Shown one piece after another: positions 1 through 9,742 of a DNA stretch of 64,000 bases. This DNA comes from a virus (lineage: Duplodnaviria > Caudoviricetes). The stretch's first letter is position 1. Every line of letters begins with the position of its first letter. The position numbers and the translations under genes were made by a program. The notes beneath the pieces are model-generated. The model worked only from the letters and a program-made list of their open reading frames with translations. It had not been told where the DNA came from and made no database searches. The stretch is taken from IMG/VR virus record IMGVR_UViG_3300016472_000180, positions 1,525 to 65,524 of that record; one strand, given 5' to 3'.

Positions 1-2103
1 ATACAACCTTTTTGAATCATAGAAATAAAGCTGAGAACCAATGGTCTGGGGATCAACAATGGCAGAAGTCGAGTAATAAGTTACGGGTGAGATGGTAACA
101 TTGGTTGGGGATAACGTAGTTCCTTCTCCACCAGCAGCCTGTAGCTGGAACTGGATGTTGGCCTTGGTGTTAACAAACAAGTAATCTTCAAAGGGAACCA
201 TTGAAACAACTTCGGCAAATGTGTTTGACGAAGCGCGGATATCAATGGGATCTGTTTCTGTTATGTTTGTTGCATCACCGAGGAACAGGTTCTCATAGTT
301 ACCTAGGGCAGACGAGAACACAACATCTTCGGCAGAGAACCACAGTCTGTCTTTGAAAACAGCCAGTGACTTTATCTTAACATGTTTCAAAGCAGAGCCA
401 TCTACAGTTCTAAAGATACTGGGGCCTGGGTTTGAATCTTTGGTCCCAGACTCTCGGGGTGTCCAGTTAATGCTGTTGATGGACCACACGGGTGAGTTGG
501 ATACAATCTGCATCTGCAACTTGTGTGGCATACGGTTGGGATCAATGTAAGACCACTCGTCTGGGGTTCTTACCTTCTGCAGATATGGGTTGTTTAAACC
601 AACCACAGCATTAACAACGGTTCCATTACCAGTGCCAACAGCCGTAGCAACAAAGGTTACCCCAACCGCAGTATTGGTAACCATTCCATCACCTGTGCCG
701 ACAGTCGTGGCAACAAAGATTGTTCCAACAGCTGGAGAACCAACAACACCAACAGCTGCCCAATTAGTTGTAGAACCAACCGATGATATTTTATAAGATT
801 GTCCAACAACTAAACTGGTTACAGCAAATGGTGCAGAATAACTGACACCAACCGTTGCCCAGTCGGTTGTACCAACAACAGCAATCTTATAAGCCTGACC
901 AATAACCATGTTTGTTACAGAAAAAGCCGTGGTACCATACCCATAGATCTCAGAATCCGGGAACGATATAACTCTATAGTAACCCGCCGCAAGGTTTAAG
1001 AATGGGTTCAGGGTATTATAGATTTTACCACGACCACCAACACCACCAACAATATTTTTAAATGGGTGGTTTGTATCATATAACTGAGCCAACATCTGTT
1101 GTGCCTTGGTATCACCAGTTGTTATATTGGTATTATTTGCATACCAATCATCTTTCTCTGGTGGCAGTTTAATAACACTGGCGTCGTTTACCCGCTGACC
1201 CAAGAATGCAAGACCGGGTTTATAATAGATATAATTATCAACCGCAGTATATGCTCCGGTTACCGAATCTGGATTATAACCTAGAAAAACATCATCTGCC
1301 GTGTTTTGAATATTATCAATACCAACATCGTAAACCTTACTGATTTTTGCAGCGGTATAATAGGTCAGTTTACGACCACGAATATCATCTGTATTAGTAA
1401 CGACTCCACCTAGGTCAAACAGTTTACCACCCACATCAGAACTAAAACCAGCACTGACGTTTGTGTTTAGAATAACTATACTGGAGCCAAGTGTAACAGC
1501 CTTAAGAGATTCCTTGGCTGTCTTAGTACCAGTTCCATAGGTAATATAACTTCTGGTGGTGGTTGTTAATGTACCAGCAGCCACGGCGGCACTGTAGGAA
1601 ATACTGTTGGCGGTGGCATAGGCTTGGACAACGGTGCTGTTGTTGGGGTTTCCTGGTGTACTGTTTTGGATTGTGGGATCATTGGGGTCCCATTGGGCAG
1701 CTAAAGAAACATTCTTCCAACTGTTGTTGGTTAACAACTGATACATAAACATTAACTGGGAATCCTTGGTTGTTGCATCAAAATTAATAACAACCAGGAA
1801 CCTTGTTTCTTCGTTTATATTATACCAATAAAACCAAAGATCATTTGAATTTATACTGGATAGCTCAAATAAATCTAGTTTACTTGAGTTTAAACTAAAG
1901 TCCCAACCAGTATTATATAATCCACTGATTGTATCTTGGGGTACTATGGAGAATGCAGATCGTTTCTCAAAGTTCTTTTCTAAACTGATCAAGACATTAT
2001 CCATGTCCTGAGCTTCGTATGGTTGTCTTTTGGTAATAGCTTGTCTACCAACACTGATGATGTTTGGAACCGATAGGTTGTTTGTTGTATTACCAATAGC
2101 CAT
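1..2103 (-). CDS. Tail tubular protein B (T7 gp12-like nozzle), 3' end outside window
   Basis: Not in the ORF track because it has no stop in the window. Translated by hand at the start, the 590-900 region and the window edge, all in one frame: MAIGNTTNNLSVPNIISVGRQ...FKDRLWFSAEDVVFSS...DPIDIRASS...IGSQLYFYD. Directly follows tube A. Confidence 0.9.
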   Translation of the reverse strand, partial: MAIGNTTNNLSVPNIISVGRQAITKRQPYEAQDMDNVLISLEKNFEKRSAFSIVPQDTISGLYNTGWDFSLNSSKLDLFELSSINSNDLWFYWYNINEETRFLVVINFDATTKDSQLMFMYQLLTNNSWKNVSLAAQWDPNDPTIQNSTPGNPNNSTVVQAYATANSISYSAAVAAGTLTTTTRSYITYGTGTKTAKESLKAVTLGSSIVILNTNVSAGFSSDVGGKLFDLGGVVTNTDDIRGRKLTYYTAAKISKVYDVGIDNIQNTADDVFLGYNPDSVTGAYTAVDNYIYYKPGLAFLGQRVNDASVIKLPPEKDDWYANNTNITTGDTKAQQMLAQLYDTNHPFKNIVGGVGGRGKIYNTLNPFLNLAAGYYRVISFPDSEIYGYGTTAFSVTNMVIGQAYKIAVVGTTDWATVGVSYSAPFAVTSLVVGQSYKISSVGSTTNWAAVGVVGSPAVGTIFVATTVGTGDGMVTNTAVGVTFVATAVGTGNGTVVNAVVGLNNPYLQKVRTPDEWSYIDPNRMPHKLQMQIVSNSPVWSINSINWTPRESGTKDSNPGPSIFRTVDGSALKHVKIKSLAVFKDRLWFSAEDVVFSSALGNYENLFLGDATNITETDPIDIRASSNTFAEVVSMVPFEDYLFVNTKANIQFQLQAAGGEGTTLSPTNVTISPVTYYSTSAIVDPQTIGSQLYFYDSKRLY

Positions 2104-2105
2104 GT

Positions 2106-2777
2106 TTATCCTCTGGTTCGCCAGAACCGGAACCGACTGGGATCATTTGTATATGCGTTTCTGTTAACAGCTGATTGCAACGAGGGATCACCGCTTGAGA
2201 AGATGTTTCGTTTCTTATCGTTAATATCTGCTGCCCTGCCCCGAGCTGCAAACATAGCTGCTTGTTGGGCTAGGTAAGAATCTGTGGCAGAATCACCTTG
2301 AGTTATAATCTGGTATTCCCGAGCAGCTGTAAACGATATAGCGCGCTGGATCGAAGTATCTAGGTTTTCCCATAACAACTTAGTGATTAACTCAACATAA
2401 TAATCAACCCCAGCCTCAAAGATATCTGTATCATCTGTGATGTTCCATAGCCGAGCGGGTGATTCGTTGATAACTCGGACACGGATTTGGGTGTTATCGC
2501 TGTTGACATGGAATGAAACCAGCTCAGCTGCGATAACTCCCTCCTCGTCACCATCAGCAACCGGAAGAACCAGTTTGTTGTTGACATCTATATTCATCTT
2601 GCGTATAACTTTGTTATTAGCCATACCGCGCATTTGAAAGTCTAGGCTGGTTTGCTCTAGAATATACTCAGCAATACCAGTATCAATACCACTGGAGTTC
2701 TCAAGATCAGCAACCAGGTTTTCTCCTGAGGATAACAACATTTGATTAACAGCCTGTAGTTTTGTAATTAGACCCAT
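2106..2777 (-). CDS. Tail tubular protein A (T7 gp11-like)
   Basis: TKLQAVNQMLLSSGE N-terminus and AISFTAAREYQ motif; position after capsid. Start moved to ATG 2777 behind GGAGG. Confidence 0.9.
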   Translation of the reverse strand: MGLITKLQAVNQMLLSSGENLVADLENSSGIDTGIAEYILEQTSLDFQMRGMANNKVIRKMNIDVNNKLVLPVADGDEEGVIAAELVSFHVNSDNTQIRVRVINESPARLWNITDDTDIFEAGVDYYVELITKLLWENLDTSIQRAISFTAAREYQIITQGDSATDSYLAQQAAMFAARGRAADINDKKRNIFSSGDPSLQSAVNRNAYTNDPSRFRFWRTRG

Positions 2778-2789
2778 ATGAACCTCCTG

Positions 2790-2822
2790 AAAAACTTCCA
2801 AGTCCCGTTAGGAACTTGGAAG
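2790..2822 (-). terminator. Intrinsic terminator after major capsid gene (T-phi equivalent)
   Basis: CTTCCAAGTTCC-TAAC-GGGACTTGGAAG followed by TTTTT on the minus strand. Confidence 0.85.
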
Positions 2823-2843
2823 CGAAATAAATAAAATGTTGAA

Positions 2844-4094
2844 TTAAGGAGCAGTCACTGCATACTCAGCACCAAAGCCAGAACCAGTACCAAAGATGCT
2901 GGCAAGCTCGGCTCGGGTGTCAATTTCTGCTGAAGTATCACCAGCGGCAACGCTGGTGGTACCAACCAAGATCTGGCACAACTCTGGACGAAGAACACCA
3001 GTTCCCTTGAGCATACTTGCTACGGTGAACTGAGTGTTACGACGAACGTCTTGGACGGTATCAACCTTCATACCCATCAGTGACAGACCCGCAACAGCAT
3101 CTGGTTGGAAAATCATACCAAAGATGTTAACGGAGTTGCACACAAGGTTGTACTTGGAGCCACCAATTTCATTTCCAGCAGTACTAAGATTAGTGCGCGG
3201 GATGTGGTTGGTCTTGAGAATCTTCACACCCATGTAATCAAGCGTATCTGTTAGTTGGTTCATACCAACCGACAGTGGCGCACCCAAACCATTTTCTCCA
3301 CCAAACATAGCTTGGTTAGAATAGTTGTTGGTTGCAGCCACAACACTGCTAGTACCCACAACACCAGAGCTTGTAATGGCATTGAATGGTGACCGTGGAA
3401 TACCCAAGGCACGAATGACTTGGAATACCTTTGGTGTAACCACACAATACACATTCTGACAAGGATAGTTGTTTTCTTGCATGAAAACAAGGTAGTCCTC
3501 AATCTTTTGGAGAATATTGAGGGCGGTTGCTTCAGTACAAGCACTGACGGCAACTCCAATAGCCGATGTTGATGTGTCAACAATTGCTGGGGCTGGGAAG
3601 TTATCAACACCCAAACCACGAGGATCACTGGTAAGTGGAGCAACAACACAAGCGGCAATGTATGCAGAGATAATCTGCTTGTCGCGTGTATTGGCTAATG
3701 TTAGACCAGCTTGGCGAGCCAGCTCAGAACGATAGTCCCACTGGGTAACCAAGAGATCAACATTATCAGTCTCAAAGTGAGCAGCCATTGGACGCTTGTC
3801 AAGATTGATCTTGAAGGTCGTGCTGCTAGAGTCACCACCTACCAACTCTTCACCCGCATCCCAAGCCGCTTGTAACGCCACAGTACCAGTCACAGGGAAC
3901 TCATAAGAGAAGCCACCCGAAATGGACTTGTGGGAAATAAGGTTTTCAAACACGTTGTATTGGTCGTATGCGTTAATGACCTCACCTGACCAAAGGGGGA
4001 GCCACAGCTTGTTTGCGCCTGCTGCACCACCTGAAGGTTCTGCGGTTAGACTTGTACGCATCACCAAGTCTGCTGCTGTTAAATTATCTGGCAT
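2844..4094 (-). CDS. Major capsid protein (T7 gp10-like)
   Basis: LWLPLWSGEVINAYD, ISGGFSYEFPVTG, YRSELARQAGLTLANTRDKQI, GTGVLRPE motifs. Confidence 0.95.
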   Translation of the reverse strand: MPDNLTAADLVMRTSLTAEPSGGAAGANKLWLPLWSGEVINAYDQYNVFENLISHKSISGGFSYEFPVTGTVALQAAWDAGEELVGGDSSSTTFKINLDKRPMAAHFETDNVDLLVTQWDYRSELARQAGLTLANTRDKQIISAYIAACVVAPLTSDPRGLGVDNFPAPAIVDTSTSAIGVAVSACTEATALNILQKIEDYLVFMQENNYPCQNVYCVVTPKVFQVIRALGIPRSPFNAITSSGVVGTSSVVAATNNYSNQAMFGGENGLGAPLSVGMNQLTDTLDYMGVKILKTNHIPRTNLSTAGNEIGGSKYNLVCNSVNIFGMIFQPDAVAGLSLMGMKVDTVQDVRRNTQFTVASMLKGTGVLRPELCQILVGTTSVAAGDTSAEIDTRAELASIFGTGSGFGAEYAVTAP

Positions 4095-4265
4095 TTTGTT
4101 TTCCTAAATAAGAGATTGAAAGACAAAATAATTATCTCATCTATTAGATTGTTCTTATGGAGTCTTAGTCTGAGTGAGTTTGTTTACAAAACCATCCATT
4201 ACCTAATAAGGGGGAGTTTGTTTTATAAACATTCTCTAATTAATCCGCTGTCTTTCATAAACGGA

Positions 4266-5204
4266 TTAACTTGGAAGTTTGTTAAAGTCGGTTTTCATCA
4301 TCCGTGTTTCAACGTATCTACGGTACTTGGGATCTGTTCCAAAGGCTGGGTTGTTTCTTTCCATAGAGAATTCTCGTTTTGTTCTATATGGCATATCAGG
4401 ACTTTGGGTAGCAGATACCGAAACCTTTTTGGATACGGATTCAACCACGGGTTCTTTTAGTTTGTTGTTTGGATTCTTCTTTTGGTACATTGCGTGTAGA
4501 CCAAGCAATGCAATCTCCCAATTAGAAGATGCCAATGAACTGTTCATGCTGGCTTGTTCGGTTTCCGACAGATTTTTACTGGCCCACACAAACAGCTTGT
4601 TAAGATTTTCCTTGCCACCGATAATATCAGCTGCTTTAGTGTAAGCAACTTCGATCTTAGCTTTTTGACCTGACATATATTCTTCAATGACATAATCAGG
4701 TAGCTTAGTTTTTTCTTTAATAATTGTTTTAGTTTCATCACTTAGGGTACCATTCGTAGCGTATTCAACAGTCCAAGATTTCCAATCATCGGGATTAACA
4801 ACAGGATCAACCTTTGGTTGTTCTTCAACCTTAGGCTTATCTGGTATTCGTAGCACCTCTGGAATGCTGGGTACTGGGTCTTCTTTAACAACGGGTGTTA
4901 CAGGTGGTTCCTTATAGTCTGGGTTGTTGGCACCACCTTGTTCATACTTAGTCTTTAGGGCAGCAACTTCTTGTCTAGACTTGGTGTATTCTCGTTGAGC
5001 ATTCTTTAGAGAATCAAACCAAGACCCAGCATCCTTAAAATTCTCAGGGATCTTGCCACCTTGGTTTTTAACATAGGCTTCAAAAGCAATCTTTTCTTTT
5101 TGTAGCTGAACATCTTCTGGCAAATTAGTTATAGATTGTTCCGAGTTATTGACAACGTTTTCAGTTAAGTCGGTGTCAATGTCAGGAGTCTCATCACTTT
5201 GCAT
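4266..5204 (-). CDS. Capsid assembly scaffolding protein (gp9-like)
   Basis: KIPENFKDAGSW, IIGGKENLNKLFVWASKNLS and C-terminal NNPAFGTDPKYRRYVE; located upstream of capsid. Confidence 0.9.
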   Translation of the reverse strand: MQSDETPDIDTDLTENVVNNSEQSITNLPEDVQLQKEKIAFEAYVKNQGGKIPENFKDAGSWFDSLKNAQREYTKSRQEVAALKTKYEQGGANNPDYKEPPVTPVVKEDPVPSIPEVLRIPDKPKVEEQPKVDPVVNPDDWKSWTVEYATNGTLSDETKTIIKEKTKLPDYVIEEYMSGQKAKIEVAYTKAADIIGGKENLNKLFVWASKNLSETEQASMNSSLASSNWEIALLGLHAMYQKKNPNNKLKEPVVESVSKKVSVSATQSPDMPYRTKREFSMERNNPAFGTDPKYRRYVETRMMKTDFNKLPS

Positions 5205-5313
5205 TCTTCAAACCTTTCGTATAAACAATAGCCCGTTTATTGCACTCGGACTTAGCGTGCTTACCAGTAAATCTGGTGGTTGTTCCGCAGTTACATTTAA
5301 ATTTTGATTTCAT
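5194..5313 (-). CDS. Small basic Cys-containing protein (39 aa)
   Basis: MKSKFKCNCGTTTRFTGKHAKSECNKR; starts just after the upstream stop and overlaps the scaffold start. Confidence 0.4.
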   Translation of the reverse strand: MKSKFKCNCGTTTRFTGKHAKSECNKRAIVYTKGLKNAK

Positions 5314-5314
5314 T

Positions 5315-5842
5315 TTAGTTAATACTGCAATAACCATAAATAAAGTTAGCATAATCAGCTGTTGCTGTGGCAGAAATAAAGTCAACCTCTAGATGAGAAC
5401 ACCCAAAGTTTGGAACAACAATTGATGCAGCTGACAGTGTGGCTGAGTTGTTGATTAATGTCTGGGCAGTAAGACCAGACGTTACGGTAATACCATGCAC
5501 AAACTTTAGTGCTGTAGAGTTAACGGTTATACCTGCAGTAGATTGAACCCCAGCAATAGACCCAGCAAATAAAAGGTTTGGAATATATACACCATAACCA
5601 TCTAGAAATGACCAACCAGTTACCCGAATACCAGCCGATGTGGTAAAGCTTGCCAGTAATGGGTTGATGATGACATGTGAATATGGTCCACTAGGGATTA
5701 CAATACCATTAGCATGGCTAGTGGGATTAACCATTGTGACATGGGCATCATATGCTGTTGTTGAGGCGATGTTTGTTGGGTTTGCAACCTTTACAGTTTC
5801 CTTGATCTGCTTTGGTTGCGACATTGTGTGTGTGTGAATCAT
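5315..5842 (-). CDS. Hypothetical protein, possibly virion-associated
   Basis: 175-aa ORF rich in Ala/Thr/Gly/Ser within the head module. Confidence 0.6.
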   Translation of the reverse strand: MIHTHTMSQPKQIKETVKVANPTNIASTTAYDAHVTMVNPTSHANGIVIPSGPYSHVIINPLLASFTTSAGIRVTGWSFLDGYGVYIPNLLFAGSIAGVQSTAGITVNSTALKFVHGITVTSGLTAQTLINNSATLSAASIVVPNFGCSHLEVDFISATATADYANFIYGYCSIN

Positions 5843-5855
5843 TTAGTTTCCTATG

Positions 5856-6083
5856 TTAAGACCAGTTAACTCTTTTAGAACTTTTCTTTTCCCGTACTCC
5901 TTTAGAAGTACACATTGCTTTGGTTGGTCGGCAAGCGGGATAGCTTCGTTTGTCTTTTGAACCTGATCTACCGCATGTCTTACCTGTTTTACAATCAATC
6001 CAACCCTTACCATTATTACGGGAGAACCAACCGTGTAAACCTTTCTTTTTCTCAGCAGAGAAGTTTGCTTTTTTCTTTGCCAT
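5856..6083 (-). CDS. Small basic Cys-containing phage protein
   Basis: GLHGWFSRNNGKGWIDCKTGKTCGRSGSKDKRSYPACRP; a motif type I recall from aquatic phage head regions. Confidence 0.7.
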   Translation of the reverse strand: MAKKKANFSAEKKKGLHGWFSRNNGKGWIDCKTGKTCGRSGSKDKRSYPACRPTKAMCTSKGVREKKSSKRVNWS

Positions 6084-6223
6084 TACTTTTTCCTAGGTTT
6101 CTTAGTACCCCAATTAGCAGCTCCGACCTTCCTACATTGGACCAAAGCACCCGAAGCATATGCAGAAGGCCAGACCTTGTATCTTGATTTAACCTTATGA
6201 TAACAAGCGTCTTTCTTTGCCAT
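6083..6223 (-). CDS. Small basic phage protein (46 aa)
   Basis: MAKKDACYHKVKSRYKVWPSAYASGALVQCRKVG; stop overlaps the next start. Confidence 0.7.
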   Translation of the reverse strand: MAKKDACYHKVKSRYKVWPSAYASGALVQCRKVGAANWGTKKPRKK

Positions 6224-6224
6224 A

Positions 6225-6524
6225 TTACTTTTTACACTTTCTGTTCTTTGGGCAACTTGCTTTTGAGCCACCAGAACCAGCCCACAAATTCTTACAAGCC
6301 CAATATCTAGCGGTTAATTTGTTTGTTGCTGATCCGCAATTGTGTCGGGCTTTGAAAGACTTGCGAGCTGAGGCACTGTAGTTGTGACCATAACCAGTTG
6401 CACCATAATGAATAATCTTTTCTTGACCGTTTGCACAAGCCTTGACAACACGCTTTTTTGCTGGGTTGGGAGATTTCCGTGGCTTGTTACACGGCATACT
6501 TGCTTTATCTAGTTTCTTAGCCAT
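6225..6524 (-). CDS. Small basic Cys-containing phage protein (99 aa)
   Basis: MAKKLDK...KIIHYGATGYGHNYSASARKSFKARHNC...ARYWACKNLW; start overlaps the portal stop. Confidence 0.75.
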   Translation of the reverse strand: MAKKLDKASMPCNKPRKSPNPAKKRVVKACANGQEKIIHYGATGYGHNYSASARKSFKARHNCGSATNKLTARYWACKNLWAGSGGSKASCPKNRKCKK

Positions 6525-8112
6525 TGGGCATTCCTCCGAAGGCAGACATATCAACACCTGAATTAGACAACACATTGGCGATACCTTGTCCACCTGTTTG
6601 TTCAATATCTCTTTCAGCAGCCATTGTCCCAGCATTCGCAAGGACTTGGGTAGCTGCTTGTTGTTGTTGCATGGCCTGTTCTTGTGCCTTTGCCTCTTGT
6701 TTCTTTTGTTCCATTTCTTCTTCTGAGATAACCCAATTACGGGAATCAAATCCAAGGGCAGAAATAAGAGCGGTAGAATATGATGACCACTTGAAAGTTT
6801 GTAAAGCTTCTGGTGGTAGGTTCTTAACCATCTCACCCATTTGCATAAGCTTCTGTAACTCAGTATCTCGGGTCAAAGCTTGTAGACCTGTTACAACTTC
6901 AACAGCAAGAGTTCCTTCTTTATCAAAGAATTGGTTGTACATTCGTTTATCAAGCTGCTCTTCCTCAATCATCAGGAAGATGGTGCGCTTGATAATTGGT
7001 TCCATTAGATCCCTAGCCATAGCAGAGAATGCCCCACCCAACACAGTCTCAAGTTCTGATCCAATCATTCTAACTGCGGTTGCTGTAACACGGTCACCAC
7101 TTGGGATTGCAGAACCTGTCATCAAGAATGCTTGACCAATTTCTTTACGCATTGTCTCTACAGCCGCCTGCGAGGCGTTGATCTGTGGGTTCATGGTTTG
7201 ACTGGGGGACAAGATGAACACATCTTCCTTACGAGCAGCCACCCAAGAGCCGTTTACTTGACCAGCAAGGTCATCCAACTCGGTGATACCACTAGGGTCT
7301 ATGCACATCCAAAAAGCCGTGGAAGCAGCCATGCCGTCCAGCATTGCCTTGGTATAGGAATCCAAAGATTGAAGATCACCTAAGATATCCTCACAGTGTG
7401 ACCTACCATAATTCTCACCGGCAACACCATACCACCTAAGGACTGCTACGGGGCAGATTGAATAGACTCCTGAACTCAATAGTTCACCGTCTTGGTTTTC
7501 CTTTCTATAATCCCAAGACCCATCCTCATTCAACATATATTGACAATACTGTTTCTCATAGCCTTGTTTGTCAACCCCAAATGTTGAGTAGTTGATTTGT
7601 TCTTCGTCCTTCAGTTCATACTCAATAAAGATGATTTCTTGTACCGAGCCATCCACAGCCCGCTGAACAACATAATGATCTAATCGGGATGTTCGGAATT
7701 TAAAGTTGTCCTCAATGTGAACCAAAGAATCACCAACAACAATACACGACTGAATAGCTTGGTAAACAGTTTCCCTCAGGTTTGTTGATGACAGCTTGCG
7801 ATATACCTGATAGCACATTGTATCTAGGTATGATTTGATTTCAACACTAGGGTCCACACCATTCTTAAGATTGAACTTAAAGAATGGACTGTCGTTTACT
7901 GGTATCAAAGCAGACAACATCCGACTTGCCAAACTGGTTACCCCGCGCGACCCAACCGAAGAGAAGGGTTGAGGTAACATTTGTTCTTCGGTCCAGCCTT
8001 CGGGTGGTAACAATGATGGGATTGTTAAGGATGCACAGTATCGTGATCTAACTAATTTAGAATTACGATTAGAGTGCAATCGTTGAAAGCGGTCTGCTAA
8101 GGTGTTTTGCAT
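6517..8112 (-). CDS. Portal / head-tail connector (gp8-like)
   Basis: PQPFSSVGSRGVTSLASRMLSALIP, YGRSHCEDILGDLQSL, DRVTATAVRM, VVTGLQALTR. Confidence 0.95.
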   Translation of the reverse strand: MQNTLADRFQRLHSNRNSKLVRSRYCASLTIPSLLPPEGWTEEQMLPQPFSSVGSRGVTSLASRMLSALIPVNDSPFFKFNLKNGVDPSVEIKSYLDTMCYQVYRKLSSTNLRETVYQAIQSCIVVGDSLVHIEDNFKFRTSRLDHYVVQRAVDGSVQEIIFIEYELKDEEQINYSTFGVDKQGYEKQYCQYMLNEDGSWDYRKENQDGELLSSGVYSICPVAVLRWYGVAGENYGRSHCEDILGDLQSLDSYTKAMLDGMAASTAFWMCIDPSGITELDDLAGQVNGSWVAARKEDVFILSPSQTMNPQINASQAAVETMRKEIGQAFLMTGSAIPSGDRVTATAVRMIGSELETVLGGAFSAMARDLMEPIIKRTIFLMIEEEQLDKRMYNQFFDKEGTLAVEVVTGLQALTRDTELQKLMQMGEMVKNLPPEALQTFKWSSYSTALISALGFDSRNWVISEEEMEQKKQEAKAQEQAMQQQQAATQVLANAGTMAAERDIEQTGGQGIANVLSNSGVDMSAFGGMPNG

Positions 8113-8115
8113 ATA

Positions 8116-8457
8116 TTAAACCCCTGGTTTGTTTATACCAGTATACAAGGATGAATAGAAATCAAGTGCGCTGACATTAGACCCAGCCATTCCTTGTTGC
8201 TTGCCTTCTTCTGCTTGAGCAGCTGCTTCTTTTATGGCTTCTTGTTCAGCTTGTGTGGCAGTTTGAATTTCTTTTTCTTCCTCTGCCTTTAGTCTGGCGC
8301 GTTCGGCTGCATCACGGGCAACGCGACGGGCTTCGGATGCTTCGGCATCTGCGCGTCGTTGATCTTCTTGTTGCTTCTGAAACTCTCGTTCCTCTTTTAA
8401 CAACTGTTGTTGCTCAGAGAAAGTCATACCACCACTGATAGACGGTGAACCTCCCAT
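8116..8457 (-). CDS. Virion protein upstream of portal (gp7.3/6.7-like position)
   Basis: MGG- start, Q/E/A-rich coiled coil, synteny. Confidence 0.55.
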   Translation of the reverse strand: MGGSPSISGGMTFSEQQQLLKEEREFQKQQEDQRRADAEASEARRVARDAAERARLKAEEEKEIQTATQAEQEAIKEAAAQAEEGKQQGMAGSNVSALDFYSSLYTGINKPGV

Positions 8458-8648
8458 TAGTTTACTCCTTTTTGTTTATTGCAGACAATCTTTAGTTTTT
8501 GAATGAGTTCAATTTGACCCGCTCTGAACGCAGCCTTGCGGAGAAACTCTTGTGGGGTTAGTTCAGGATCATATTCCAGTGTCGGATACATCTGTTCTAA
8601 GATTTTTATTAGTTGTGGGTCGATTTTTGGAAATGCTTCGTGCTTCAT
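8457..8648 (-). CDS. Conserved small podophage protein
   Basis: FPKIDPQLIKILEQMYP...FRAGQIELIQKLK; typical location upstream of the portal block. Confidence 0.6.
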   Translation of the reverse strand: MKHEAFPKIDPQLIKILEQMYPTLEYDPELTPQEFLRKAAFRAGQIELIQKLKIVCNKQKGVN

Positions 8649-8784
8649 TGTTAATCTTATCAACCTCTTGTTGGATCTTTTCGACCTGTTCATATAGGTC
8701 CTTCAGGATTAAACGAATGTCTGAATTGTTGATAGATCCAAAGCTGAGATTTAATTTTGTTTTAAAGTTATTCAGTAAACTCAT
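8569..8784 (-). CDS. Hypothetical coiled-coil protein
   Basis: 71-aa ORF whose start overlaps the upstream stop; its 3' end overlaps the next gene by ~80 nt. Confidence 0.45.
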   Translation of the reverse strand: MSLLNNFKTKLNLSFGSINNSDIRLILKDLYEQVEKIQQEVDKINNEARSISKNRPTTNKNLRTDVSDTGI

Positions 8785-9734
8785 GGTTTGATTAAAGTGG
8801 AAAGGGTTTGTAGGTATGCTTTTGCATCAGGAGTTGCGCTACTAAATTGAAAATTTGCTGGTGTTGTGTTAGCATATCTGTTTCCGACATAGGCGTTTTC
8901 TGCTTCTCCGTTAAACCGAGTATATGTTTCTCTAATGCCTTGCAATATTTTTTTAAACATTTGTTCTTCGGATAACGAAGCCGTCTGATAAGTTCCAATT
9001 TTTTTTGTTGATTGACCATAGCGGGTAAACTCTTCATTTATATTTTTTGTAAGTTGTGAAAAATCTTTTTGTATCTTCTTTAGTTCTGCCTCCACAGCCA
9101 GTGCTGGGTCTTGGAAAAACATAACTTGTTCATCATCTGCTGTCGTTTCTGTTTCATTCTTCAGTTCGCCACGCTGAAGACTGCCAAGTGTGTTGTACTT
9201 TGTTTGCAACTCTTCTGATATCTTTGGCAACATCTTTGCAATATCGTATTTTGTTGGTTCTGCTTGCTCGGTCAAAAAGGCAGAGCCACCCAATATACTT
9301 GCTTGTTTAGCGGCATCAATCAAAGATGTCGCGGCCTCATAATACCCAGGCTCATAACCTGTGTAAATACTGCCCATTAGGCCTTTTCGATTGGTTTTTT
9401 TATAACCAGCAATCTTTAATAACTCATCTGCGCTTGTTGCATTCAGAAGAAAATCATTGGGACCAAGTGCTTTACTGGAGACTGTGAAGTTGTCTGACAG
9501 TGCATAGAACTCCTCATAGATACCTTTACCAAGACTAGTGGTTGGCATAGAGCCTGTTATAGCGGGGTTTGTAGCCGCTGCTCGCGCTTGGTTATAAGCC
9601 TTCATTAAGATATCCATTTTAATCTGGTTCTCTTTTTTAGCAGCTTCCTTAGCGGCAGGGGTGTTGGCATCCATCAATGCTCTTACCTGTTTTAAAGGTA
9701 CACCACGTTGTATCATAGCTCTATAGTCTTCCAT
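8781..9734 (-). CDS. Hypothetical protein (317 aa)
   Basis: Long ORF filling the gap between RNR and the head module; no recognised motif. Confidence 0.7.
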   Translation of the reverse strand: MEDYRAMIQRGVPLKQVRALMDANTPAAKEAAKKENQIKMDILMKAYNQARAAATNPAITGSMPTTSLGKGIYEEFYALSDNFTVSSKALGPNDFLLNATSADELLKIAGYKKTNRKGLMGSIYTGYEPGYYEAATSLIDAAKQASILGGSAFLTEQAEPTKYDIAKMLPKISEELQTKYNTLGSLQRGELKNETETTADDEQVMFFQDPALAVEAELKKIQKDFSQLTKNINEEFTRYGQSTKKIGTYQTASLSEEQMFKKILQGIRETYTRFNGEAENAYVGNRYANTTPANFQFSSATPDAKAYLQTLSTLIKP

Positions 9735-9742
9735 ATTAGTCC

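Noticed and set aside
4095-4265. Phage promoter or conserved riboregulator upstream of the capsid gene
   Set aside because: No AGTTGGGGCTA match is present, and only weak, mismatched stems were found.
6225-6836. 203-aa ORF as given
   Set aside because: The N-terminal half overlaps the portal out of frame; the real gene most likely starts at MAKKLDK (6524).
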